Origin: Chrysomallon squamiferum
Taxonomy: Eukaryota > Animalia > Mollusca
Direction: 5' to 3'
Assembly: GCA_012295275.1 (NCBI GenBank)
Contig: CM022665.1
Coordinates: 16,244,001-16,308,000 of the forward strand
Length of the DNA stretch: 64,000 nucleotides
This document shows, piece by piece, positions 1 through 32,300 of this stretch (positions are counted from its first letter, which is position 1; each line of letters opens with the position of its first letter). The notes under the pieces are model-generated. The model saw only the letters and a program-made list of their open reading frames with translations, made no database searches and was not told the origin of the DNA. A program made the position numbers and the translations under genes.

Positions 1-1310
1 AGAGTATTGAGTTTTCTGTCGGTAAAGCCTACAGACTATTGAGTTGTCTGTCGGCAAAGCCTATAGAGTATTGAGTTTTCTGTCGGCAAAGCCTACAGCG
101 TATTGAGTTTTCTGTCGGCAAAGCCTTCAGAGTATTGAGTTGTCTGTCGGCAAAGCCTACAGAGTTTTGAGTTGTCTGTCGGCAAAACCTACAGATTATT
201 GAGTTGTCTGTCGGCAAAGCCTACAGAATATTGAGTTTTCTGTCGGCAAAGCCTACAGAGTATTGAGTTTTCTGTCGGTAAAGCCTACAGACTATTGAGT
301 TGTCTGTCGGCAAAGCCTATAGAGTATTGAGTTTTCTGTCGGCAAAGCCTACAGCGTATTGAGTTTTCTGTCGGCAAAGCCTTCAGAGTATTGAGTTGTC
401 TGTCGGCAAAGCCTACAGAGTTTTGAGTTGTCTCTCGGCAAAACCTACAGATTATTGAGTTGTCTGTCGGCAAAGCCTACAGAATATTGAGGTTTCTGTC
501 GGCAAAGCCTACAGACTATTGAGTTTTCTGTCGGCAAAGACTACAGAGTATTGAGTTTTCTGTCAGCAAAGCCTACAGAATATTGAGTTTTCTGTCATAA
601 AGCCTACAGAGTATTGAGTTTTCTGTCAGCAAAGTCTACAGAGTATTGAGTTTTCTGTCATAAAGCCTACAGAATATTGAGTTTTCTGTCAGCAAAGTCT
701 ACAGAGTATTGAGTTTTCTGTCGGCAAAATCTACAGAGTATTGAGTTTTCTGTCGGCAAAGACTACAGACTATTGAGTTGTCTGTCGGCAAAGCCTACAA
801 AGTATTGAGTTTTCTGTCGGCAAAGCCTTCAGAGTATTGAGTTGTCTGTCGGCAAAGCCTACAGAGTTTTGAGTTTTCTGTCAGCAAAGTCTACAGAGTA
901 TTGAGTTTTCTGTCATAAAGCCTACAGAATATTGAGTTTTCTGTCAGCAAAGTCTACAGAGTATTGAGTTTTCTGTCGGCAAAATCTACAGAGTATTGAG
1001 TTTTCTGTCGGCAAAGACTACAGACTATTGAGTTGTCTGTCGGCAAAATCTACAGAGTATTGAGTTTTCTGTCGGCAAAGACTACAGACTATTGAGTTGT
1101 CTGTCGGCAAAGCCTACAGCGTATTGAGTTTTCTGTCAGCAAAGCCTACAGAGTATTGAGTTGTCTGTCGGCAAAGCCTACAGCGTATTGAGTTTTCTGT
1201 CAGCAAAGCCTACAGCGTATTGAGTTGTCTGTCGGCAAAGCCTACAGCGTATTGAGTTTTCTGTCAGCAAAGCCTACAGAGTATTGAGTTTTCTGTCATA
1301 AAGCCTACAT
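1..1310. repeat. 32-bp tandem satellite/minisatellite array (about 41 copies visible, truncated by window start)
   Basis: Unit AGAGTATTGAGTTTTCTGTCGGCAAAGCCTAC repeated head-to-tail with point variants and occasional 31-bp units (CTGTCATAAAGCC). No spacers. Confidence 0.97.
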
Positions 1311-1520
1311 TGAGTCCTAGATCTCTTAGAGCTTCAGACTGTTGTGCTTTCGATCGATCAGATCTTTATATCGTTAAGCTTTCGAACTGTCATATCTTCA
1401 GACTACAGCGCTTTCGATTTATCATATATTTAGACTATTGCACTTTCGACCTATCAGATCTTTAGATCATTGTGCCTTCGACGTATCAGACGTTCGGAAT
1501 ATTGTGCTTCAAACTATCGT
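1311..1520. repeat. Degenerate ~32-bp repeats at the satellite edge
   Basis: About 6 decayed units, consensus approximately CTTCAGACTATTGTGCTTTCGACCTATCAGAT, sharing period and the CAGACTATTG.G.TTTC core with the main array. Confidence 0.7.
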
Positions 1521-2506
1521 GAGACATTCAGATCGATCTTTCAGAGAAGTAGCGAAACAGCCTTTGGACAGCAGGCAGTCACAAATAAAGAATCGCAAAA
1601 TTAGTGAAAGCAAAACTAACTTAATAAAAAATATATATATATATATATATATATGCTCTTAACATTTAAGGCAGATATCCACCGTGTAGAAAACCGTAAA
1701 TAAATGATAATCCTGTCTTCATGTTCTCAGAGTCAAAATCTTTTGCATGAACCCTAAATCGATATACACGTGAAAATAAACAAGCGCACGTTTGGAATGC
1801 CAACGACCTGATAACGTATTACGTATAAACTGATACTTCATAAGAATTCACTTGATGACATATTCCAAACTACTAAGATCATCAACAATAACAGCCTGTT
1901 AATAAATAACCTACACGGTGAATTCAGAAATTACGTAATGACTTCTGTAATCGTAAACTTGTTTTTCTAATAGGTAAACAACCTAGAAATATCTATTAAA
2001 CACATCTATTTCTGTTATAAAAGATAATAACATTTTGTCTGTGTGTGTGTGTGTGTGTGTGTTCTGCCTCACTTTTTGTTGTCCTCTGTCTCTAACATTT
2101 CCATTCCCCATGAGACACGATGCAGGTTTTTGTTAAAACATTCTATCATTTGAGCTACGTCAAAAGAGCGGAAATGAAACGATAATGAAGAGATTGCTTT
2201 CAAGACACTAAGTAACACAAACACAGTAATTTACTTACCTACTCCACAAATATTTACTGTAGTATATAGTTCAATGTACTAAAGCCCACCAAAAAATCTA
2301 TAACAATTATTACAGAAAATGTACAGACCGTAAATAAACAGTATTAGAACATATTTGTACAAAGATATGTCTAATCAATTCCACAATTCAAAAAACCCAA
2401 ACCACACACACCAAAACAAGATATATTTTCAGACTAAAGATAAGGCTGTATATCATTTGCATATATCTGGTTTATAATTGAACGTAATGGTATTGTTTTC
2501 GGTTGT

Positions 2507-2546
<40 letters not shown>

Positions 2547-2557
2547 TATATATTATG

Positions 2558-2605
<48 letters not shown>

Positions 2606-3586
2606 TACAACAAAACTACTTCTATTAATACTAAAATTGCTATTATTAAATATTACTATTTTTTCGGTTGTTTTTTGTCTGATTTTTATTATTATTACTA
2701 TTATTATTATTATTGTTGTTGTTGTTGTTGTTATTGTTCATTACATGCTTCACAATAAAACTTCACGTTTATATTTTACAATTACTTTACACGTTTTTTA
2801 ATACATGTAAACGAAATAACATTCACATAATTTCATAATTACACACCAATGAACAGCATCATGATGTAATCCTGAATTTTCAATGTAAATATAACTTATT
2901 TCAGTGACAGAATATCTTTAATTACAGTTAGTTATTTACAAAAATGATATATGTATAAATAAAACTACTTACGTTCACTAAAATCTATAAAATTAATAAC
3001 TTTCGCGCGATGTAATTTCGGAGATAAAACTGCTTGCACGTGATTTGTTATCTTATTTCGTTCAGCTCATAAATTATCTTAAATATAATTGTACCGTGCA
3101 TTTGGTCAAGCAAGCAGATTGTTTTCTTCAGGTATGTATGTTCCCTCCTGTGTTTTATTTGAAACTTTCCTGGCAAGGGGTCGTTGGCGGCTTACTTGCT
3201 TGGCTCGTCCTTCGTTGGTCAGTTGGTTTGAGCGGGTTAACTGGGTGGGTTATTTGGTTGCTTTGCTTTCGTTCGTTTGTTAATGGTGACTTGGTTGCTT
3301 GTATTACGAGTATGGTTAGTTGGTTGGTACGTCAGTTGTTTGTTTACGTTGATTGATTGTTTGCTTCTTTTTTGCTTTTGTATATTCTTTAATATGTCTT
3401 TGAGTCTTTTATCTTCTATTTTTTTTTTTTTTTTTTTTGAGTGAACATTTATTTCTTTGACTATATTTAATACGATTATGCGTGCTTACATCTACAAGTG
3501 TTTTTTCTGTACTTGTTCTGTGTCAGTCCCTCTGCGTTAAACTCGATTCATCGAAGCCTGCTTAACCTTATAACGAATAATTTCAG

Positions 3587-3597
3587 GTTTTTAACAA
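3587..3597 (+). other. 5' UTR part of first coding exon of gene A, implying an upstream non-coding exon
   Basis: Acceptor TTTCAG ends at 3586, 11 nt before the ATG. Candidate upstream donor CAG|GTATGT at 3131/3132. Confidence 0.5.
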
Positions 3598-13060
<9,463 letters not shown>

Positions 13061-13190
13061 ACATTCCAAAATATTTTCAATACGTTCTTACTTAATACAT
13101 CAGTGGCTACATATTAGTATTAGCCACGTGCGAATGTAAAACGTTTAATAACTGATATCTTGATACAAAATGAGCACTTTTTATGACTAA

Positions 13191-13196
13191 AATAAA
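13191..13196 (+). terminator. Candidate polyadenylation signal of gene A
   Basis: AATAAA 130 nt after the stop codon, followed by a T/GT-rich tract. AT-rich context makes chance occurrence possible. Confidence 0.45.
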
Positions 13197-13229
13197 CATA
13201 TATTCACTTTGCTGTTATATTTGTTTTCT

Positions 13230-13415
13230 TGGTGGCCGAACGGTTACATCGTCCACCTTCCGAGTGCGGGCGAATGGGTGTCATACGTTCGAGTCTCGTT
13301 AGAGGCACTTGACGGGGTTTGTGTTTTTACTTTGTCATCCTGCGCGCGTGCTTTCCTGATTATAGTCTGTGTGCAGTCTACTCAGACGTACATATGACAG
13401 AGAATATTCAAAATC
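13230..13415 (+). mobile_element. tRNA-derived SINE-like element, copy 1
   Basis: A-box-like TGGCCGAACGG, B-box GTTCGAGTC (13287-13295), then a (TACA)-rich tail. Collinear homology with the inverted copy at about 29465-29660. Confidence 0.75.
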
Positions 13416-14123
13416 TTAAAATACATACATATATGCCTACATATCTACTACATACATACAAACATCCATATACTCATATACATACTCGTATACATACATA
13501 TAGACATATATACATACATAAATAGATATAAACATACATACATACACGTGTATGTTTTTATACATATATGCATATAACATTTTTGAATTGCAAAATGTCA
13601 AGAGTGTTGTGGAAAAGGTTTTTCAAAAATCTGCTTTGGAGAGATTAAACAAACAAAGAAGCAAAGAAACAAATCACGAAACAAACCAACCAACAAATAA
13701 AAAAATACATTAACTTATTTAAAGCAAAAAATTCAACATCCACTGAATCGTGCTTGAAAACAACAAATTATTGTTAGAATAATCATTAATAAGTTCAACA
13801 AACTAAACCGTTTTTATTTTTATTTATTTATTATTTTTTTTTATTCCTGAAATGTCGATGTCAACAACGACATCAAGTACTGTTACTAGCTGTTACAGCT
13901 AAATGATAAAAGAAAAAAGAATGTAAGCCTGTGATTTTCCTCTGTAAATCATTCGTTGTAGAGTCTAATGTGGAAAAAAGTCTCCGCTTGAGCAAACCAA
14001 GGGAGAAAATCGTCATTTAAAGTATCCAAAGTAAATAATTACCACACTTTGTACAGAAAACAACAAATAATAATAAGTAAAAAAAAAAAAAAGATTAATA
14101 ATAACAAAAAAAAAATAATAATA

Positions 14124-14167
<44 letters not shown>

Positions 14168-14323
14168 AAAAGAAAATAAGGAAAATAAAATAAAAATAAA
14201 ATAAAAATAAAATAAAATAAAATAAAATAAAATAAAATGAACTGCCCTTTATGAACAATCCTATCCAAGAGTATAAATTATTTACAAAATGAATGATCTG
14301 GATAGTTCAGATGATTAAGATGA

Positions 14324-23715
<9,392 letters not shown>

Positions 23716-23825
23716 CTGAACATAAAACAATGTGAAAAGTTATACGACTTTTCGAACGTAAGATTTTTGATATTACTTATTAATAAATTAATTTGTTTGT
23801 TTGTTTGTTGTATGTGTATTTATAA

Positions 23826-23879
<54 letters not shown>

Positions 23880-24937
23880 TGTATGGTGTCGTTTTATTTT
23901 AAAAATATATTATTATATACTATATTATTAACACTTAAGAAAGTGTTCGCAATACGTTTTAAATTGGAATTTTTAAACATTTAAGTTTTTAAATCACTGA
24001 TCAGATCTTGCTTCTTTCCCATAAGACGTATTTCTTTCGTGGACTACATATTATGTTACACTTCTAACATTGAAGAATACGTTAATAAACGTCACTCCAT
24101 AAACGCTAACCTATATACACACATAACCTGTAATCATAACACTTTTATAAACACCTTCACTGATTCAGAGAAAAATGATACTTACGATTATTATTGGATT
24201 CAATACTATTCCAACGACAGTTTTTGAAGCGTTGAAAAGATGATAATAGTAGTCAAAATAATAATAGGGTGTATCCAACGGTTTTAAATTGTACGATAAT
24301 TATGCTTTAATATCTACTTACGATAAGAAAAACATGTTTCGCTTTCTGCTCTTATACGAAAAAGTGAAATGGATTTTTTTTTTTTTGTCTCTCTCATTTC
24401 TGTAAGGAGCGGTCCCTTGAATTTTTTATTCCTTTGACTAGTTTTGTTTCTTGAATATATCGACTCAGATTTTAAACATCTGTTTGTTTCCCTATCTTTG
24501 CTGTTATCTAAAATTGTGAATTCTTAATGAATTTATGGTGTACTTTTAATGAATGAAAGCTTTTAAGTAATCTTATGCCTTTTTCTGTTTGTTTGTTTGT
24601 TTATTTTTTTTAACTATTTTTTTTTTCATTCATTCATTTACTCATTTACTTTTCATTCATTTATTTATTTACTTTATATATATATATTTTTGTTTGTTTA
24701 CTAATTTATACTTCAAAAAAATAACTAAAATAAGCATTTATATTCAAATTTAATTTTTAATACTGTCCGATATGTATTAACAAAACTACAACTTTCTGAC
24801 GTCACACTTCATTATTAGCAAAGGTTGGTATCATGCAAAAACTTATAATAAAGATGATGAAGGAGAAAGTTATAAAAAAATAAAAACACACGAAAACTCA
24901 CCGTAATACGCATCGTTACAGAGGTCCTCTCTATTAT

Positions 24938-24975
<38 letters not shown>

Positions 24976-26063
24976 GCTAATAATATAGAAAATGTAACTC
25001 ATTCGTTATAGATTATATTCAATATAATTTTACTATTTGTCCATCATATCAGATAATGTCTGTTTTCCGACTGAATGACTTTAGCAAATAAATTACTAGC
25101 TGAAAATCACTGCCAATGAGTTAAAATTACAGGCAATTTCTTTTCATTTGTTTTATATTCCTAACGATTTTATAGGTAATAAAGAGAAGATCGTAATTCA
25201 CAAATGAATACCTTCATTTGTAATAAGGAACGATCAGCAATAAGGAACAAACTGCAGATTTGGTGGTTTAGAAGCAATATTAAATATAATAATAAAAAAA
25301 ACAGGTTGCGACAACTGAAAGTGTTTCACACACACGCACACACACACACACGCACACACACACACACACAATCAGCTGCTACGAACTTTACTTTTTCAAA
25401 TCCAAATAATTTCATAAAATGATCAGTGTCTGAAACATTCGTCCTTGAAACTTCTAATACAAACAAAATAATCACTGTTTATTTCATACGAAACATGTAA
25501 TTTTGAAAATAATAAGGGCCTGAAAGTCATCAATTTGTTGTCATTCATTATTTTAAGAAATAATAATAAGTATTTCTTCATCATGTATAATTATTTATAC
25601 CGCATCGAGAAAGATCAGGGTTACTTAAACTGACGAATAGTTCACCAAAAGGTCACTGGGATTATTTTGGTGTGAAAATTATTAAAACCACAAGGAAAGG
25701 TAGTGATGCGTGATTTAAATTTTTTGATAAAGACTTGAGGATAAACAATGATGAAGTAGTTAAAGAAACATATTTGGGATAAACATTTGCATGAAGAACG
25801 AAGATGTTCAGGATCGATTCAGTCACAGACCCGTTGGAAGTAAATATCTAGTTCAGATTTTGCTCTATGCAACGTTATAATATGCGTACCCATATATATA
25901 TATATATATACAAAAATACACAGATACATACGCTTATATATATATACATATATACACTGAGACAAATATACATACATACGTACATACATACATATATATA
26001 TATGCATACATACATACGTACATACATGCATACATATATACATACATACATATACACACATAC

Positions 26064-26115
<52 letters not shown>

Positions 26116-26923
26116 ACGTACATTCACATACAAATATATTTTATAATAATATACACAGAGAGAAACATATTCTCACAGACATACAAATACTTATTTTCTG
26201 TACATAAATATTAAAACAACTCTGAAATATCATAGATAAACTGGATCAATTGGATCAATTTTTCATAGCGCTTCTTTTGTAGCTTTTCTAGTTTTAATCA
26301 TTTCTTTTGACTGGTTCATCAAATGTGAATCAAACCAGAATATCTAGAAAAATCATCTGCTGCTAATGAATAGATAGTAGAAAAGATAATATAAAAGAGA
26401 ACTGTATGTCATAAAATGCCAAATGTTTGTGTACATACACACACACAGACACACACACAGACATACACACACACACAGACACACACACAAACACAGATGC
26501 ACCCACGCTTGGCATTTAATGACACTCAGTATTTAATTTGTGGAGGTGTCGTTAAACAAATGTTGACTCTTTGAACATACTCGAATAAATGAATATTAAA
26601 AAAATGTATTGTTAATAACATCTCATCTTTCTATGATCGACTGATTATTATACGTCGAACAGATGATCATGTTAATTTAAAAAAAAAAAAAAAAAATAAA
26701 AAATAAATAAAACGAGAGGCAGAACCCGCTGTCCAAAATGCAGTACATTCTTACTGATTAGTAGTAGTAAGTATTATTTTTATATGCATATTTACACTAA
26801 GAGAACAAAACATACGTTTGAGCTGTACTGGTTAGAACGGGAAAAATACGAAGAAAAATACGAAAAAAGACACACTGCAAGTAATCTTAAGATCTGACAT
26901 TTATCAATGAAATTATAATAGCT

Positions 26924-26984
<61 letters not shown>

Positions 26985-27120
26985 CAGATAGATAGATAGA
27001 TAGATATAAATGTATTGAGCGGTACTTAAACGGGAAAAATACCAACAGATATTTCGCAGTAAGTCTAAAATCTTACCTTTGTCATCGAAATTGTAATGAC
27101 TGTTATCACCACCTTTTCCG

Positions 27121-27160
<40 letters not shown>

Positions 27161-27691
27161 AATATGTGTTGTTGATTTTCTGTTCTTTGTTAAAACAATC
27201 ACAGGTATTGTTCAAAATAATCTCATCCTGTCTACTACGTCATATGTAAGTTCATACACCTCTAGCTACCTGAAAGGTATTATATTTAATAAGGAAACCT
27301 TAGATAAGAAATGTATATACACGTGTGAAATTAATTTTAAAAAGATCAAGTCAGTTCTATTGTTCGCTGTCAACAGCCTGATACAGAATATAATAATACA
27401 ATTTTTGTTACATACACAAGATTGGTCCAAATATATTGGATTAATTAGCAAGGAACAGAGAAGAAATAATGATAATGATGATGATGATGATAATAATAAT
27501 AATAATAAAAATAAGAAGAATATCAACGACTACTAATGACGATGATTATGATGGTTAATAATAATAATAATAACAATAATGACAAAACGAACAGCGACAT
27601 CAACAACAATAATAATATTAACAATAGCAGCAGCTAACACAATACCAACAGATATTAATAAGAAATACATCCGACTGTGTAGTGACAAAAA

Positions 27692-27737
<46 letters not shown>

Positions 27738-27868
27738 TAATAATAATCATAATAATAACAATAATCAATAATAATAATAACAACAATTACAACAACAACA
27801 ACAATAATTAAAAAGTAAATAAATAAATAAATGAAATGAAATAAGGTAATAATAAAGAATCAGAATTA

Positions 27869-27899
<31 letters not shown>

Positions 27900-28791
27900 A
27901 GTGAAAGAGAGAGTGAAGAAATAATACATAATTTCGTGACTGATTCAGATGATTAATGCTTACGGTTTTTTATTTGCGATCAGCTCACATCCACTGTTCC
28001 CGTATCAAGAAATAACAAATAACTGTATAGATCGAAAGAATAAATAATTACTCTGTCAAGATTTTTTAGTATGGATGGCCATTCGGGTCATTACTAAGTT
28101 TTTGTGTGCGCGTCTGTAGTGATTTGCTTTCGCTGTTATTCTATATTTTTATTTTTTATTTTTTATTTTTTATTTCTGTTTTGAAAAATGAATATTCAAA
28201 GTGACCAGTCGTAATCTTTAAGAATGCATGTATGTTTTTCATGGTCTGTATCGTTACTGTCATACAGGAATCGTAATAAAATTAGTGGAGATATATGTGT
28301 ATAAAACAAACAAACAACAAAAATAAAGCACACACTACAAGACGAGACAAAGCAAAACAAAAATAAGCAGAAAAAAAAAGATAATGATGATGATGACGAT
28401 GATAATAATAATAATAATAACAACAACAACTAATAATAATAATAATAATAATAAATAAATGGAATGAAATGAAATAAAAGAAAGAAAGGAAGAAAAAAAA
28501 AGAAAGAAAGAAAAGAAAGCAAAAATCTATAAACAAAAACAGTTATTGGAAGATTTATATACTCTTAAATGTAGTTAATCTCATCCGTACTGCTGTGTTT
28601 GTAAATGAAGGTTTTTAATGAAGACGTCAGTGTACCAGCATACATACAGGAGATGAGTTTAACCTCACTGTTGTAACTTTTACATATGTGAATATCGTAC
28701 TAACAGCGCTAATTGAAACAAGGAAGAGAGAAAAATAAGCATTGATTTTTGGATATTTAATCATTTGTCACATTCGTATTCAGTAGTCATA

Positions 28792-28841
<50 letters not shown>

Positions 28842-29464
28842 AGCATTTTTTCTACATGACTAATAATATTATTATTATTAAACTTCTTATGCTGCTGTTG
28901 TTATTGCAGTAATGACATTGATACTGGAAGAGATGAAAACATCTTCTTCGATTACAAATTAACTATATGCTTAGTCACTGCTTTATTTCTGTGCCTTATT
29001 TTTAGCACTGCATGATCCAATTAGTGTCATCGTATTTAATAAGATCATAAACAAACTTTCTTAGGCTGTGGTGTTGTTGACTAAAACATTTTGTATGCAT
29101 CGTACTCTTAACTTTTCCAGCTTGACTAAAGCGTGTTCGAGTTACCTTAGTAAGTGCGCTATTCAATAAAAAACGTAGAACTACTTCAAATGCACATTAG
29201 GTTAAAAACAACAAAAAATGTTTATAGTAGGTAGGAAAAGTTCACGTAAAATATCAAACAGTGGAATAAGAGAAAATAACAAAACGAATGGTTGAGATAT
29301 AGATAACTTCATTTTTGTTTTCTTTCTTTTTTAATTATTTAAAAAAATGTATTTATTTATTTATGGCTCTAGCTTATTAAAAAAAAAATTTGTCTTTGTA
29401 ACAGTATGCAGAGTAAAAATCCGAATGAATCTTTTAAACGACAAACATGAATGTATATATGTAT

Positions 29465-29660
29465 TTTAGTATTTGAATATTTTCTGTCTGAATAGGCTCT
29501 GCACATAGACAGTATTCGGGAACGCACTGGCGTAGGAGGACAAAGTCCAATCACGACCTGACAAACCATGTTAGGTGTGGCTGACGAGACTCGAACGTAT
29601 GGCAGCCATTCGCCCGCACTCCGAAGTGCTCAGTAACCAAGGGTAACCATCGTTCCGCAC
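29465..29660 (-). mobile_element. tRNA-derived SINE-like element, copy 2
   Basis: Reverse strand reads GAGTGCGGGCGAATGGCTGCCATACGTTCGAGTCTCGT...ACTTTGTCCTCCT...TGTGCAG...AATATTCAAA, matching copy 1. Confidence 0.75.
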
Positions 29661-30045
29661 AAAGTAAGTCGTTCATTTGTCTTTCGTTATTTTTGAATGT
29701 GTATGCATGTATGTATGTATGTATGTATGTATGTATATGTATGTGTGTGTGTGTTTTTATATGTATGTATGTATGAATGAATGTATCTATCTATGTTTAT
29801 ATGAATGTATGTATATATAGGAGTGTATGTGTATGTGCGTGCTATGCATGTGTGTATATACGTATGTATGTACGTATGTGTGTGTGTTCATGAATAGTGA
29901 TTACGATGTTGTTAACAGGGATGGTGATGATCGTAATAATAATAATGATGATGACGATGATAAAATACGACGTTCACTACTACTACAACTAACAATAACA
30001 ATGATAATGCTGATGATAATACTAATAATAATAATCGTGATTATG

Positions 30046-30078
<33 letters not shown>

Positions 30079-32244
30079 GTAATAATAATAAATAAATAAA
30101 TAATAAAATATGCACACACTGTATGATAAAGATGTATGTTCTATATATATATATATCCACGAATACTTACATCTGCCATCCAGTCTGTTATATTTTCGAC
30201 TCCTTTCCCATTCAGTGTTCACGATCTTCCACTTCTTGTCAGTTTAGTCTGGCTTATTGCGAATTCATAGATTTCTGTCACACGAGTTCTTGCCTGAAAA
30301 CCTGAACCACTCGGTTAGAAAAATCGAGATTCAGGTATCATCCTTAGTAAGAAACGAATTTAACTTGAGACAAAACCAACAGCGAGTGTTCTCGAAGTAA
30401 AAATACTTGAGTGCAAGCAAAAAAATATTATGTATCATTACTGTTAAGAATCGTTATGACTTCATCACAGATATCGCCGAACTAAGTATTCTAACCTGTT
30501 TAATAACGAAGCTGGAACAAAAGATTTGATGACTCGAGATTTTACAATAGTTGCTCTTCCTCTGTCTTTAAATCTGTAACGATTTTGGGTTTTGTTGACA
30601 TGAATATCGTTTTTTCAGCGGATATTACAAAAATTGTTTTTAATAACTCGTGGAAAGATGGGTGGTTGTTGTTGTTGTTGTTGTTATTATTATTATTATT
30701 ATTAATCGAATTTTTATTCTTAAATCTTTATTTATACTTCATTTGCTTTCATGATTTTTGGTTATTGTTTTTTTTAAATAATATTATTTATTTATCTTTC
30801 GAAAACAAGTTAGCGGAAATCCAATTTCAAGTATAAACAACCTGACTTGAAATTGAAAATAATTATGTCGAATTCAGTTTTCTAGGGACACTAATATAGA
30901 AAATAAGTAATTACACATAAACACATAATTCTTTCGTACATAAATAACGATGACTTTAACATAGGTTTTATTTCTGTACTTTATAAAAAAAAAAAATATT
31001 ATTATTTTTTGTATTTCCTTTAATGAAGAATTATTTTCGGTTAAGAAAGACTATTTACATAGACAAAATTGTAAAGCTTTTCAGTAATCGATATTTACAA
31101 TGAATTAAAATTACTTGCTTACAGAGTATATAGAGCGGTTCGTTTAATGAATGTTCAGCAAAGTCATTTATACGCAGATACGTACGAGCGTGTGTATGTG
31201 TCTGTTTGTATGTGTCTACTTGTATATGTGTGTATATGTGTGTATATGTATGTATATATGTGTATATGCGTGTGTATATGCATGTTTGTGTGTATGTCTC
31301 TCTCAATGTGTGTGTGTACAGTGGACTCACTTGGGACCAATGAGATATGCCGTTTTAGACTGAGTGTTAGATTATAAAGGATAAAATGACAATAAACTGT
31401 TACAGGTGTTACAGCTAAACGTCTGCGTGTCACTTAAGAAACGGTCTGTCAATGATGACTACGTTTTTCTTTGTTTTTCTTTTTTTTTTTCCTCTGTCAT
31501 GGCCTCCGTGTTTAACATGGGTTGCAAAAGTCATTATACGAAAGTTCGGTCATTAGGTCATTGTGTGTATCCATTCATTTTTTAATTTGTTCGTCGTTAC
31601 TCTCTGCCGAAATGATGTTTTTTGTACAATTGCCGATAATGGTCATTATATTTTAAAACGTTAGATATTGTCTGTCTTCGTATTATAAACTGCATAGCCA
31701 AGGTTCTTGCAATTTTTTTTTTAAAAAGTTCTTCTTCTTAAATATATCATCTGGAACTTGAAAGTATTTATACATTTTGCCTCCATTTTGTCCAACGATC
31801 ACGTGAACATATTCTGCAATCGGCCAGCGGGCTTCCGTTATTTCTAGCAAATTATATTTTTTAATAAATCATGTGATCAGCTGTACAAATAACTGCAAAA
31901 ATGCACTGTTTTACTGTTGTGATTACAGTTTGACAATAAACACAGTCTTTTAAACTAGTATACAAATTAAATTAATTGAGATGGAATATGATAAAGACTG
32001 TACAGAATTACATGTACAGTAAAGATTACAATTAACAAACCAACTTAAGTAGAGGTCCGAGACTGGAGAAAGCAGGCTGCAAGCAATTATAAACAAACAT
32101 TAGAATAACATTTTGTTGAATAATTTTATGACTTAGAAACATCGATGTATACACGTAGATGCTTAATCTTATGTGTGTGACAATGGCTTGATTATGTTGT
32201 ATTGTCTTATTTCGCTTTTACAAAACCTCGCTTCAGCCTAATGT

Positions 32245-32300
32245 GTCTAGAGCAGGGGTGCGCAAACTTTCTGATCTCACAGGCCGCAGCTCTTGAACTT
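32245..32300 (+). mobile_element. hAT (Charlie-like) DNA transposon terminus, apparently single-ended
   Basis: CAGGGGTGCGCAAACT at 32253 preceded by GTCTAGAG, the nTCTAGAn target typical of hAT/Charlie elements. Partner TIR not found by eye. Confidence 0.55.

Noticed and set aside
1-1310. CRISPR array or repeat-protein gene (ORFs 29-217, 285-473)
   Set aside because: Units are contiguous with no unique spacers, the context is eukaryotic, and the 32-bp period shifts frame and yields stops.
3045-3356. Hydrophobic 103-aa ORF upstream of gene A
   Set aside because: It derives from GTT/GGTT-rich low-complexity sequence, probably intronic, with no counterpart in the paralogues.
13230-13310. Functional tRNA gene
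   Set aside because: No convincing cloverleaf, and homology with the second copy extends well beyond the tRNA-like head, as in a SINE.
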